Notes under the pieces: generated by a model
What the model saw: the letters and a program-made list of their open reading frames with translations, nothing else
Told to the model about the DNA's origin: nothing
The model's database searches: none
In this document: one piece after another, positions 44,853 to 53,545 of the stretch
How positions within the stretch are numbered: the first letter of the stretch is position 1
Layout of the letters: every line of letters begins with the position of its first letter
DNA from: an uncultured Chloroflexia bacterium
Lineage (GTDB): Bacteria > Chloroflexota > Limnocylindria > Limnocylindrales > CSP1-4
Direction: 5' to 3'
Assembly: GCA_963748625.1 (NCBI GenBank)
Contig: CAVVJT010000007.1
Location: 832,001 to 896,000, forward strand
DNA: 64,000 nucleotides
Made by a program: the position numbers and the translations under genes

Positions 44853-46650
44853 TCGCGATCGCTTCGAGCTCGACCTCGCCGTGGCTCTCCGCGCCTACGC
44901 GGAGGACGCGCCGACGCAGATCCGTCCGACGGAGCTCGCCCGGCACTTCGCCACTGCGTACCCCCACGGGCGAACCGCGATCGGTCGCTGGGGTCTGGTG
45001 GCCGTCCCGCGCCGCGCCTGGGCCCTGCTCCTGCTAGCGGCCCTGCTCGCCGCGATGCTCGGCGGCATGAATCTCGTCGGCTCGCCGATGCTGCGAAGGC
45101 TCCCGGCCGTCGTGACGCCCGTCGGCCAGGTGTTCGAATGTCCGACCGGATCGACGCCCGACGAGCCCGGCCCGATCGACCAGGCCCGGCCGGCCCATGA
45201 ACCGGCAACACTCTCGGCGATGGCGTTCGACCGCCGGGCCGGCAGACTCGTGACTCTCGCGGACATCCTCACGGGCGACGAGGTCACTGGCACCCAGACG
45301 TGGACGTTCGACGTGTGCACGAACACCTGGACGCGTATGCACCCGGACCGGGAGCCGCCCAGCTCAAGCCATGGGCTCGTCTACGACGTCGACTCCGACG
45401 TGACGATCCTGGTCACCGCCCGGGAGGTGTGGGCCTACGACCTCGGGGCCGACACCTGGACGCTGAAGGGCTCCGTCCCTCCGTTCGACCCGACGGCTTC
45501 CGACCTGGCGGCGTCCTGGGCCTACGACCCGGTCACGGGCCTGGTCGTCACCGCGGCAGCGGAGTTCGCCGCGGGACCCGACTACAGAGCCCGTCCGCCG
45601 CGGCTCTGGACCTACGACGTCGCCACCGACACGTGGACGCCGATCCGCCAGGACAGCCCGCCGGCCTCCTGGGATCGCGGTGTGGGCTTCGCCTACGACG
45701 CGTCAGCGGACAGGTTGATCGCGTTCGGCGTCTATCAATCGACGGGACGCCGGGACGAGACGTGGACCTTCGACCTCCGCACCGGCGCCTGGTCGAGGGC
45801 CGGCGCCGACACGCCGCAGATCGTGGGCGTATGGGGGATGGCAGAGTATCCCCCGGTGATGGTCTACGACGAAGCGGAACAGCGGACCCTCGTCTCCGGC
45901 CATGGCGGCCTGGCCGCTTACGATGCGACCGCGGATCGCTGGGAGAACCTGAACGGGATCGATGCCCGTCAGGGATCGGTCGAGTTCGGCGAGTTGGGCC
46001 CCTCAGCCGAGTGGTCAATGGACATGTACGACTCCGTGAACGGACGGCTCGTCGGCCTCGGCGGCGGCAACGGCATCTGGGCGTTCGACCCGGCGACCGG
46101 CCAGTGGACAGTCCTGCTCGAAGGGCGTGAGGTGGTGAACCCACCGACCGACGACGAGGTGGGTATGGCCGTGTCACCTCGGCCGGGCTGGGCCCCGGAG
46201 CTCGAGGCGCTGCTCCCTTCGAACGTGGACGGCGTGACGTTCACGAAGACGAGCGTGGCCGGCCGGCCTCTCTCGACCCGCCTCGGCAAGGGCGGTTGGG
46301 GGTCGGTGCCGCTCGGGTCCGACGAGCTGAACCCGTTCCTGGGTGACCACGGGAAGGGACTCACCGACCTGAGCATCGCCGTCGCGACCCCGATCGATCG
46401 GTCGCGGGCGGACACCTTCGCCATCGCGTTCCAGGTGAAGGGCGTCGAGGCGACGGAGTTGGCCAGGCTCCTGGCAGACCCCTACACCGCCATCGACGCG
46501 AGGTCCGCCATCGTCGGCGGGAAGGAGGTCCAGAGAATCCGGGAGACCCGGGGGATGGGCTTCGACCTGTACGTCAAGGACGATGTCCTGTTCTACGTCT
46601 TCACCGACGGCACCCCGCTCATCGACGGGATCGTCGCGGCCCTGCCCTGA
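44845..46650 (+). CDS. Putative anti-sigma factor with extracellular Kelch-like beta-propeller
   Basis: 8-bp overlap with sigma; short cytoplasmic N-terminus, TM, repeated 'W(T/A)(Y/F)D....TW' blades. Confidence 0.8.
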   Translation: MADRDRFELDLAVALRAYAEDAPTQIRPTELARHFATAYPHGRTAIGRWGLVAVPRRAWALLLLAALLAAMLGGMNLVGSPMLRRLPAVVTPVGQVFECPTGSTPDEPGPIDQARPAHEPATLSAMAFDRRAGRLVTLADILTGDEVTGTQTWTFDVCTNTWTRMHPDREPPSSSHGLVYDVDSDVTILVTAREVWAYDLGADTWTLKGSVPPFDPTASDLAASWAYDPVTGLVVTAAAEFAAGPDYRARPPRLWTYDVATDTWTPIRQDSPPASWDRGVGFAYDASADRLIAFGVYQSTGRRDETWTFDLRTGAWSRAGADTPQIVGVWGMAEYPPVMVYDEAEQRTLVSGHGGLAAYDATADRWENLNGIDARQGSVEFGELGPSAEWSMDMYDSVNGRLVGLGGGNGIWAFDPATGQWTVLLEGREVVNPPTDDEVGMAVSPRPGWAPELEALLPSNVDGVTFTKTSVAGRPLSTRLGKGGWGSVPLGSDELNPFLGDHGKGLTDLSIAVATPIDRSRADTFAIAFQVKGVEATELARLLADPYTAIDARSAIVGGKEVQRIRETRGMGFDLYVKDDVLFYVFTDGTPLIDGIVAALP

Positions 46651-46700
46651 CGTTGGCGGAACCGCCATCGACCGTGAGAGCGTCCCGAAGGAGAGAAGGG

Positions 46701-46982
46701 ATGAAGGCGCGCAGCTCGCCCGTTCGGCTGCTGGTCGCCCTGGCCTGTCTGGCCCTGCTGGCCGGGTGCGCCGCCCCCGCGAGTCCGACTCCAGCTTCGG
46801 CAACCCCGGATTTCAGCGAGCCTCCCCTCGGCGGCGGTCACGACACCGGCGACTGCCACAACGGCTACCACGGCCCCCACGCCGGCTCCCACACCGAGCG
46901 TCGAAGTGGCGGTTCGTGCTTGGAGGGGCCGACCCTACACCGCATAGGCCCCAGCGGCTCGGGCACCTCGCCTCTGGCCTGA
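46701..46982 (+). CDS. Small lipoprotein, probably truncated by the half-junction
   Basis: Lipobox LAGC, good RBS; C-terminus is encoded by junction arm sequence. Confidence 0.45.
   Translation: MKARSSPVRLLVALACLALLAGCAAPASPTPASATPDFSEPPLGGGHDTGDCHNGYHGPHAGSHTERRSGGSCLEGPTLHRIGPSGSGTSPLA
46912..46960. repeat. Half-junction (left arm only)
   Basis: 48/49 identical to 42627-42675; stops just inside the tRNA core. Confidence 0.9.
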
Positions 46983-47013
46983 AACACCGGGAGGGCCGTG
47001 GCGTCTCATCGCC

Positions 47014-47586
47014 GTGGATCCCGTGATCTCTCCCCTCGAGGCGGTCGATGCCGCAGGCGCCCACCGCGCCGCGCAGGCGGATGCGGCCGTCGTGGCCGCG
47101 TGGACCGCCCACCACGCGGAGGTCTTCGCGTTTCTCGTCCGGACCACCCGCAGCCCGGAAGCTGCCGAGGATCTCCTCCAGGAGGCGTACCTGCGCCTGA
47201 CCACCGAGATCCGGGCCGGCCGGGCGCCGGACAACACCCGGGCCTGGCTCTACCGCGTGAGCGCCAACCTCGCGGTCAGCCGCGGGCGGCGCCTCTCGGC
47301 CGCCTTCCGGGGGATCGTCAGGATCCGCAGCACCTCCGCGCCACTCACGACGACCTTCACCCCGGAGGCGAGCTACCTCGGTCGCGAGGGCCGGGCCGGC
47401 CTCCTCGCGGCCCTCGCGGACCTGGCGCCCGATGCCCGGGCCGCGCTCCTGCTGTCGGCCGAGGGCTTCACCGGTGCCGAGATCGCCGCCGCGATCGGGC
47501 GCTCCGATGCCGCAACCCGGACCCTGCTCTGCCGGACCCGCGTCCAGGTCCGTGGCCGGCTCGAAGGGGCGGAGGCCGTCCGATGA
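47014..47586 (+). CDS. ECF sigma-70 factor
   Basis: 'AAEDLLQEAYLRL...RAWLYRVSANL', 'EIAAAIGRS..ATRTLLCR'. Confidence 0.9.
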   Translation: MDPVISPLEAVDAAGAHRAAQADAAVVAAWTAHHAEVFAFLVRTTRSPEAAEDLLQEAYLRLTTEIRAGRAPDNTRAWLYRVSANLAVSRGRRLSAAFRGIVRIRSTSAPLTTTFTPEASYLGREGRAGLLAALADLAPDARAALLLSAEGFTGAEIAAAIGRSDAATRTLLCRTRVQVRGRLEGAEAVR

Positions 47587-49424
47587 CGTCCCACGACACG
47601 TTCCTGCAGCTCGCCGCCATCGCGGTCGACTACCCGCTCTCGTCCGGCGATCGCGGCCGCCTCGAGGCGCACCTCGCCTCGTGCCCGGCCTGCGCCCGCT
47701 CGGCCCACGGCTTCCGGGCCGACGCCATCGCCTTCGGGGACCTGCCGCCCGCCGTCCTGCCGGAGCGCCGCGGGGCCGAGATCCTCGCCGCGGCCATGCA
47801 CCCGGCGACCGTCCGGCACCCGCTCCGGCTGGTGCTCGTCGCCGCCCTGCTTGCCCTGCTGGCCCTCGGCTCGCTCGTCGCCGGGGCGGAGCTGCTACGG
47901 CGGAGCCAGGACGACGACCTCTCGGTCGTGCCCCCGGTACCGACGGAGACGCCCGTCGCGACGGAGACGCCCGGCCCGGTGCCGTCGGCCTCGGTCATGC
48001 CGTCGGTCTCCCTCGCGCCGTCGGCCCCGCCGGTGAACAGGCCCGTGGTCACTCCGGCCTCGTTGCCGCTGCCATCGGGCTCCGTCTCGCTCGCACCGGC
48101 CGCGGCCGGCGGCGTCTGGGTCCTTGTGAACGACCTGCCCAACCTCTCCAGTGAGTCGGGCCGAGCGGTCCTCGCGCTTCTCACCAAGGACGGCGAGCCC
48201 GCCCCGGGCTGGCCGCAGGAGATCCAGGATGTGGACTGCAGCATGTGGGCCGGCAGCGAGTGGGCCGGCATCCCGGCATCGCCGGCGTCGCAGCTGCCGG
48301 TTGTCGCCCCGGACGGCAGCGTCCGCCTCCTGTGCTGGACGGCACCCCCGGATGCGACATCAGCCGTGTTCGCGCTCTCGTTCGACGCCGCCGGCGCAGC
48401 GTCCCCCGGATGGCCGGTCATGCTGCCGTCTGACCCGGTCGACGCCCGGCTGATCGACGACACGCTGGTCATTGCGACATCTTCGCTGACCACCGACGCT
48501 GAGGGGAACGTGCTGGAGGTCGAGTATCGGATCCTGCGGATCAGCGCGGCCGGGCAGCTCGAGCAGGGTCAGGCGGTTGCGCCGGTCGATCTGGGGAACT
48601 ACGCGCCGAACCTGAGGATAGATGGGGCGCCGAACCTGGCCGCCGATGGGGTCGCGTTCCTCAGATGGGTCCGTGACGAAGGCCCCGAACCGGCAACCGA
48701 CATCCTGGCGTTTGGGTTTGACGGCGCACTGCCGGGCTGGCCGGTCTCGGTGCCCGGAATCGTCTCGGCCGTCGTCACCGGGCCGGATGGGCGCTACTAC
48801 GCGACTGCCTCGGCGAGGGCCAAGGATGCGGACGCGCTCGCCCCAAGCCAGAAGCTCGTCGCGCTCACCCCCAGCGGGACGCTGTCCGTCGGGTTGGATC
48901 TGCCCGTGGCTGGAATCTCCGCGGCCACGTTTGCGGGCGGGTACGCACCGCTCAGGCCCACGCTCGGGCCCGGCGGATCCGCGTGGGTCCCGGGCGTCAA
49001 CACCCGCGACAACGTCGTCGTCCACGCGCTCGGACCGGACGGCATGGTCCGCGACGGGTGGCCGTGGCGGGCCGGTGCGCCTATCGAGGAGCAGGGCGAG
49101 TGCGGGCAGGGCGAGACAGGATGCGGCGTGTGGCGGACCGTGCCAGCCCTCGGACCCGGTGAGGTGCTCCTGGTCCTCCTGGGGCCGGCTGATCGGACGA
49201 GCGGCGGGCAGGTCGTCGCGGTCGGGCCGGATGGGCGGGTCGTTGACGGCTGGCCGGTGACGCTCACGAACCCGGCCGGGCGCTGGGATGTGGTGGTGGC
49301 CGGCACCGACGGGACGGTCTACGCGACGGCGATCGAGTCCGGCGCCCGCACGTCGACGACCACGCTTCTCGCGATCGCGCCGGACAGCGAGGTGGTCTGG
49401 CGGTCGACGCTCGTCGGCAAGTGA
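47583..49424 (+). CDS. Zinc-binding (zf-HC2) anti-sigma factor with large extracellular repeat domain
   Basis: ATGA overlap; HxxxCxxC 'HLASCPAC'; TM; recurring 'PGWP' repeats. Confidence 0.85.
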   Translation: MTSHDTFLQLAAIAVDYPLSSGDRGRLEAHLASCPACARSAHGFRADAIAFGDLPPAVLPERRGAEILAAAMHPATVRHPLRLVLVAALLALLALGSLVAGAELLRRSQDDDLSVVPPVPTETPVATETPGPVPSASVMPSVSLAPSAPPVNRPVVTPASLPLPSGSVSLAPAAAGGVWVLVNDLPNLSSESGRAVLALLTKDGEPAPGWPQEIQDVDCSMWAGSEWAGIPASPASQLPVVAPDGSVRLLCWTAPPDATSAVFALSFDAAGAASPGWPVMLPSDPVDARLIDDTLVIATSSLTTDAEGNVLEVEYRILRISAAGQLEQGQAVAPVDLGNYAPNLRIDGAPNLAADGVAFLRWVRDEGPEPATDILAFGFDGALPGWPVSVPGIVSAVVTGPDGRYYATASARAKDADALAPSQKLVALTPSGTLSVGLDLPVAGISAATFAGGYAPLRPTLGPGGSAWVPGVNTRDNVVVHALGPDGMVRDGWPWRAGAPIEEQGECGQGETGCGVWRTVPALGPGEVLLVLLGPADRTSGGQVVAVGPDGRVVDGWPVTLTNPAGRWDVVVAGTDGTVYATAIESGARTSTTTLLAIAPDSEVVWRSTLVGK

Positions 49425-49469
49425 CGCCAAGCCCACCCGTCAGCGCTGCCGGCAACACGGCTGTCTGTC

Positions 49470-49631
49470 GTGCTCCCGTAGCCCCGAATAGTCGGTGCCT
49501 ACGCCGCTCGGCTCGCCACGCTCATGACCCCCGACCCTGCACCGCATAGGCCCCGGGGACTCCCAAAGCACGTGCGCCACCGTTGCGCCACGCCCCGACT
49601 GATTTCGTGCTCAGGAAGCGCATGTGCTTCC
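49470..49631 (-). repeat. Junction J4: left arm + tRNA 5' half (49560-49599) + right arm
   Basis: 40/40 core; flanks conserved. Confidence 0.93.
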
Positions 49632-49865
49632 GGCTCGAGTCCGATGTGCCGAAGCTACAGCGCTTCCTCGTCGGCGTGCGCCGGCCGATCTGGCCGTGCC
49701 GGAGCGCGCAGCGCCATTCCATGAGCCCGAGTGCTCTCGCGCAACACCTGGATGCGGCCGATCGTTTCAGCAACGGCGGCGAGACTGGAGTCGAAGCCCG
49801 CGAGCCGGGCTCGGCCGCAGGGCGACCGGTCTCAGCCGGCAACCCAGCGTCCCGAGGAGTGCGGG

Positions 49866-52196
49866 ATGAACGGCATGGCCAGCCGGTGGTGCATCAGGAC
49901 TTCGGCCTGGTGGTTGTTCAGCCTGATCGCGGCCCTGCTCGCGGCTGGCTGTGCCGACGGAACCCCGGTGAAGCCCACTCCGCCCGTCGAGCCACCGGCC
50001 ACGATCGAGCCGGCAGTGACATCGGGGCTGCCCGCGCCAACGCCGACCAGCTCGCCGGCCCCCACACCGAAGCCCGGCTGGAACCAGGCCGCGCCCATGC
50101 CGCGCGAGCGAACCGGGTTTGATGCGGTGCTCATGGGCGACGGCACCGTCCTTGTGGTCGACGACGATCCGTCCAGCGACCTTGCTGCGCCAGGGAGCGA
50201 GCTCGTGGACGTGTACGACCCTGCGACTGACACCTGGCGCCCGGCCGAGAGCCTGAACAAGCCGCGAGCTGGCGCGGCCACGGTGGTACGCCCGGATGGG
50301 ACGGCGCTCGTGATTGGGGGGACCAACAGCGATGGGCAGGCATTCTCCAGCACGAAGGTCCTCGCCACGACGACGACCAGCTGGGAGGCGGGGCCACTGA
50401 TGAAGGTCGCGAGGATGTCGCCCGAGGCCGTGGTCCTGGGCAATGGTCACGTCCTCGTCGTGGACCAGACGGACAGCCGCCCGGTCACGACCACGAGCGA
50501 GCTCCTCGGCCCCCGCGGGAAGGCATGGACCACCCGCCGGACGCTGTCCGGCCATGTCGTCGCCGTCGACGCCCTCGTGCGGGCGGGCAACCACGGTGCG
50601 CTGGCCCTCGGCTGGGAGCGCGATGCCCATGTTGCTGACTCGATGCAGCCGGCGGCCCGCTACTACGACGCGTTCTTCGACACCTGGAAGACGGTCCCCG
50701 TTCCGAAGCTGCAGGTGCAGCCGGCGCTCGTCACGCTCCCCGACGGCAGGGTCCTCGCCGTCGGCGGCAACGGCGGCGGCGAGCTGGTGGGTCACCCGAA
50801 CACCCTGGCCACCGTCAGGGTGTTCGACCCAGCCCGGGCGAAATGGACGAATCTGGCGCCGATGGCGGAACCGCGCGAGAGCGCGCAGGTGGCGATGCTC
50901 GCCGACGGACGCGTGCTCGTCGCGGGCGGCATGCAGCGGACCACAGACGGCGGGCCGCCGCCGATCCTCGCATCATCGGAGATCTACGATCCAGGCACGG
51001 ACAGCTGGTCAACGGGCCCCGCCCTGCTCGAGCCGCGCGCCGGTGGCGCTGCGGTCACCCTTCGAGACGCGACGGTCCTCGTGCTCGGCGGGCAGGGTCT
51101 TATGGGCAGCCTCGTCACGGTCGAGCGCTTGTGGCTGGACGCCTCCACTTCCGCAGGACGGGAGCTCAACCCGACGCTCCTGCACTGGGACGCGATCGGG
51201 CAGCTTCCCTCGGAGGATGAAGGGCAGCTCATCGGCTTCGACAAAGGCTATGTCTACGTGGGCTACAGGGTGTGGTTCTCACCGGACGGCATGAGCTGGG
51301 AGGTGATCGAGCCACAACGCGCGATCTGTGACGACCCGGACTCGACCGCTCTCATCGCCAGCATCGTGTGGGCAGGAGCAACCGACGGCCACGAGGTCAT
51401 GCTCGTCGGATACCAGCTCGACGACTGCGTAGGGGGTTCACCGACGCCAGCCTCGTGGATCACGTCCGATGGCGTCACGTGGGAGCAGTCCCCGGCGGTG
51501 GAGCTGTCGAGGGGCTCTGGCGACATGCGCGAGGTGTGGGCAGTGCCGGACGGCTGGGAGGCGAGTGTCTACCTGCACAAGACCGACGACTTCGCTCGCT
51601 GGATCTCGATCGACGGCCTGACGTGGCAGAGCGCCCGGGCCCTGCCCGTCGATCTCAGCGCTGTGGCGCCTGACGGCACCCGAGTCGGCATCCGCCATCG
51701 CAAGACCGGAAGGAAGGAGACCCTCGTCGCGTCGACCGATGGACAGGCGTGGCGGGTCATCGACGCGCCCGTGCGCGGCGGGGTGGGTGCCGTGGTGCCA
51801 CCGGCGGCCGCCGGAGACCCGTGGATCGTGGTCAGCGAGACGGAGACCCAGTTGACGTTCGCCGCCTCGCGCGACCTTGTCCACTGGTCCTCGGTCTCCA
51901 CTCCGTACGCGTTCATCGACGGCATCACGCAGGCCCCACGTGGAGTCTTCCTGCTGTCGAGCGAGCCGTGCTGGGAAGGCCTTGGCGCGGGCCCTGCGCC
52001 GAGCGCGGGGCCTCCAGACTGCCCAGCGGACGGCGAGGTCGTGATCGACCTGCACATGAGCGCCGACGGTCTGCGCTGGGTGGATGTCGTCACCCCGGGC
52101 CCGCTCGTGGCAATCGCCGATGGGCCCGCTGGGACGCTGGCGGTCGAGTGGAACGACGGCAGCGGCGCTACGCGCGTCTGGCGCCTGGATCAGTAG
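49866..52196 (+). CDS. Kelch-repeat lipoprotein with C-terminal BNR-like propeller
   Basis: Lipobox AAGC; 'LADGRVLVAGG', 'EIYDPGTDSW'; 'SxDGxxW' repeats. Confidence 0.85.
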   Translation: MNGMASRWCIRTSAWWLFSLIAALLAAGCADGTPVKPTPPVEPPATIEPAVTSGLPAPTPTSSPAPTPKPGWNQAAPMPRERTGFDAVLMGDGTVLVVDDDPSSDLAAPGSELVDVYDPATDTWRPAESLNKPRAGAATVVRPDGTALVIGGTNSDGQAFSSTKVLATTTTSWEAGPLMKVARMSPEAVVLGNGHVLVVDQTDSRPVTTTSELLGPRGKAWTTRRTLSGHVVAVDALVRAGNHGALALGWERDAHVADSMQPAARYYDAFFDTWKTVPVPKLQVQPALVTLPDGRVLAVGGNGGGELVGHPNTLATVRVFDPARAKWTNLAPMAEPRESAQVAMLADGRVLVAGGMQRTTDGGPPPILASSEIYDPGTDSWSTGPALLEPRAGGAAVTLRDATVLVLGGQGLMGSLVTVERLWLDASTSAGRELNPTLLHWDAIGQLPSEDEGQLIGFDKGYVYVGYRVWFSPDGMSWEVIEPQRAICDDPDSTALIASIVWAGATDGHEVMLVGYQLDDCVGGSPTPASWITSDGVTWEQSPAVELSRGSGDMREVWAVPDGWEASVYLHKTDDFARWISIDGLTWQSARALPVDLSAVAPDGTRVGIRHRKTGRKETLVASTDGQAWRVIDAPVRGGVGAVVPPAAAGDPWIVVSETETQLTFAASRDLVHWSSVSTPYAFIDGITQAPRGVFLLSSEPCWEGLGAGPAPSAGPPDCPADGEVVIDLHMSADGLRWVDVVTPGPLVAIADGPAGTLAVEWNDGSGATRVWRLDQ

Positions 52197-52312
52197 GGAC
52201 GGTGCAGCTCGGTGTTGCCGACGGTGATCCTCGTCGGCGCAGCCTGCTTCGTGGCCACGACAGCCCTCGCGTCGAGAACGACCTCCTGGGGAGTGGACCA
52301 CGCGCCCGGCCC

Positions 52313-52518
52313 GCTCGCGTAGCCCTCAATGATCGGCGCCTTCACCGCTCGGCGGTTCGTGCCTGAAGGGGCCGAGGGTAGACCGCTCAGCTCCGCGAGG
52401 CTCCCAACGCACGTGCGCCACCGTTGCGCCACGCCCCGACAGGTTTCACGCTCAGGAAGCGCATGTGCTTCGTGAGCGACGACTCGAAGCCTTGCCTGCC
52501 GTGCTCCCGTCGCACGAT
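52313..52518 (-). repeat. Junction J5: left arm + tRNA 5' half (52401-52440) + right arm
   Basis: 39/40 core; right arm close to J0 and J3. Confidence 0.92.
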
Positions 52519-52552
52519 CCGGATGCCGTGCCGCGGCCGCGCGGCCCTTCTT

Positions 52553-53545
52553 TCAGAACGCCCGGTTGCGCCGGGCCGCCAAGAGGATTGCCTCGGCCTC
52601 CTGGTAGGTGCGATTGAGCTGGGCCGTCTCGATGAACGTCATGAACACGCGATCGGCTGGGATGAGCTGGCCGATCAGCACCGACACGACCGTGGCGGGA
52701 CCTCGATCGGCGATGCTCTCGGCCACGGCCCGATCGAACGTCGCTGACACGAAGGTCCGCGGTGGCGGGACGCGAAGCGGGCCCTCGCTGGTCAGACCCC
52801 GATACAACCAGAGCCGGTCCTGCCCAGCGGCTCGAAGCATCGCTCGCACGAAGCCAAGGCGGGCGACGACATGATCGGCGCGCCGCTCCTCGCTCCACGC
52901 ACCGGCGAAGAGGTCCGGGTCCCGCACGACCTTGCCGCGGTACGGGACAAGCCCCAGCCGGGCGATCACGATCTCGTGGCCCTTGACCATCTCGCCCGAT
53001 GACGGATTGCTGACATACCGCTCGGCGAACATCCTCTCCATGTCGGTCATCGCACGGGCGGCCATGTGGTCGGCGAGGAGGCGCTGGACGAAGGCGTCGC
53101 CGACGCGTCCGTTGACGTCGATGCGGAGCGGTGCGTCGCCAAGGATGACCGCAGCTGCGCGTTCCTCCTCCCGAAGACGGGCCTGCGTCCGGGCCCGAGC
53201 CCGGGGGTCCACCGGGATGGCGAGTGAACGGCTGAACCGGTCGACCGCCGCGGCGAAAGCGGTCAGCGTCGCGGCATCTGCGCGCCGGGCATCAAGCTCG
53301 AATTGGAAATGGCAGACCCGCTCCGCCTCGATCAGCCAGCGAGCGCCGCGATCCTCGAACGCCAGCACCTCGACCTCGAAGGTGCCCAGATCCACGTCGA
53401 CTGCCCGGATCGCCACGGGAGTTCGCCGGGTGTCGAGCATGCGGCCCGCATTGCCGGGCACGAGGTGGTGGAGCTCACCCAGCACGAAGCTGCTATCGGG
53501 CGCCTGATCGGGAGTGGACTCGTGGATCGGCTTGGATGTGCCCAC
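52553..53545 (-). CDS. Hypothetical protein with C-terminal ADP-ribosyltransferase-like motifs
   Basis: 'LYRGL...FVSATFD...QEAEAIL' (R-S-ExE); start uncertain (GTG 53545). Confidence 0.55.
   Translation of the reverse strand: MGTSKPIHESTPDQAPDSSFVLGELHHLVPGNAGRMLDTRRTPVAIRAVDVDLGTFEVEVLAFEDRGARWLIEAERVCHFQFELDARRADAATLTAFAAAVDRFSRSLAIPVDPRARARTQARLREEERAAAVILGDAPLRIDVNGRVGDAFVQRLLADHMAARAMTDMERMFAERYVSNPSSGEMVKGHEIVIARLGLVPYRGKVVRDPDLFAGAWSEERRADHVVARLGFVRAMLRAAGQDRLWLYRGLTSEGPLRVPPPRTFVSATFDRAVAESIADRGPATVVSVLIGQLIPADRVFMTFIETAQLNRTYQEAEAILLAARRNRAF

Larger units (their letters stand above)
39405..52518. mobile_element. tRNA-Pro(TGG)-anchored integrase plus tandem cassette array (may extend further right)
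   Basis: Tyrosine recombinase next to the tRNA; five further copies of the tRNA 5' half delimit 1-3 kb gene units. Confidence 0.8.

Noticed and set aside
39405-52440. CRISPR array interpretation of the 40-nt repeats
   Set aside because: Spacers are 1-5 kb and contain genes, the repeat is a tRNA half, and no cas genes are present
41560-52440. Additional or split tRNA genes at the junctions
   Set aside because: No T-arm or 3' acceptor strand follows the anticodon loop, and I saw no separate 3' halves
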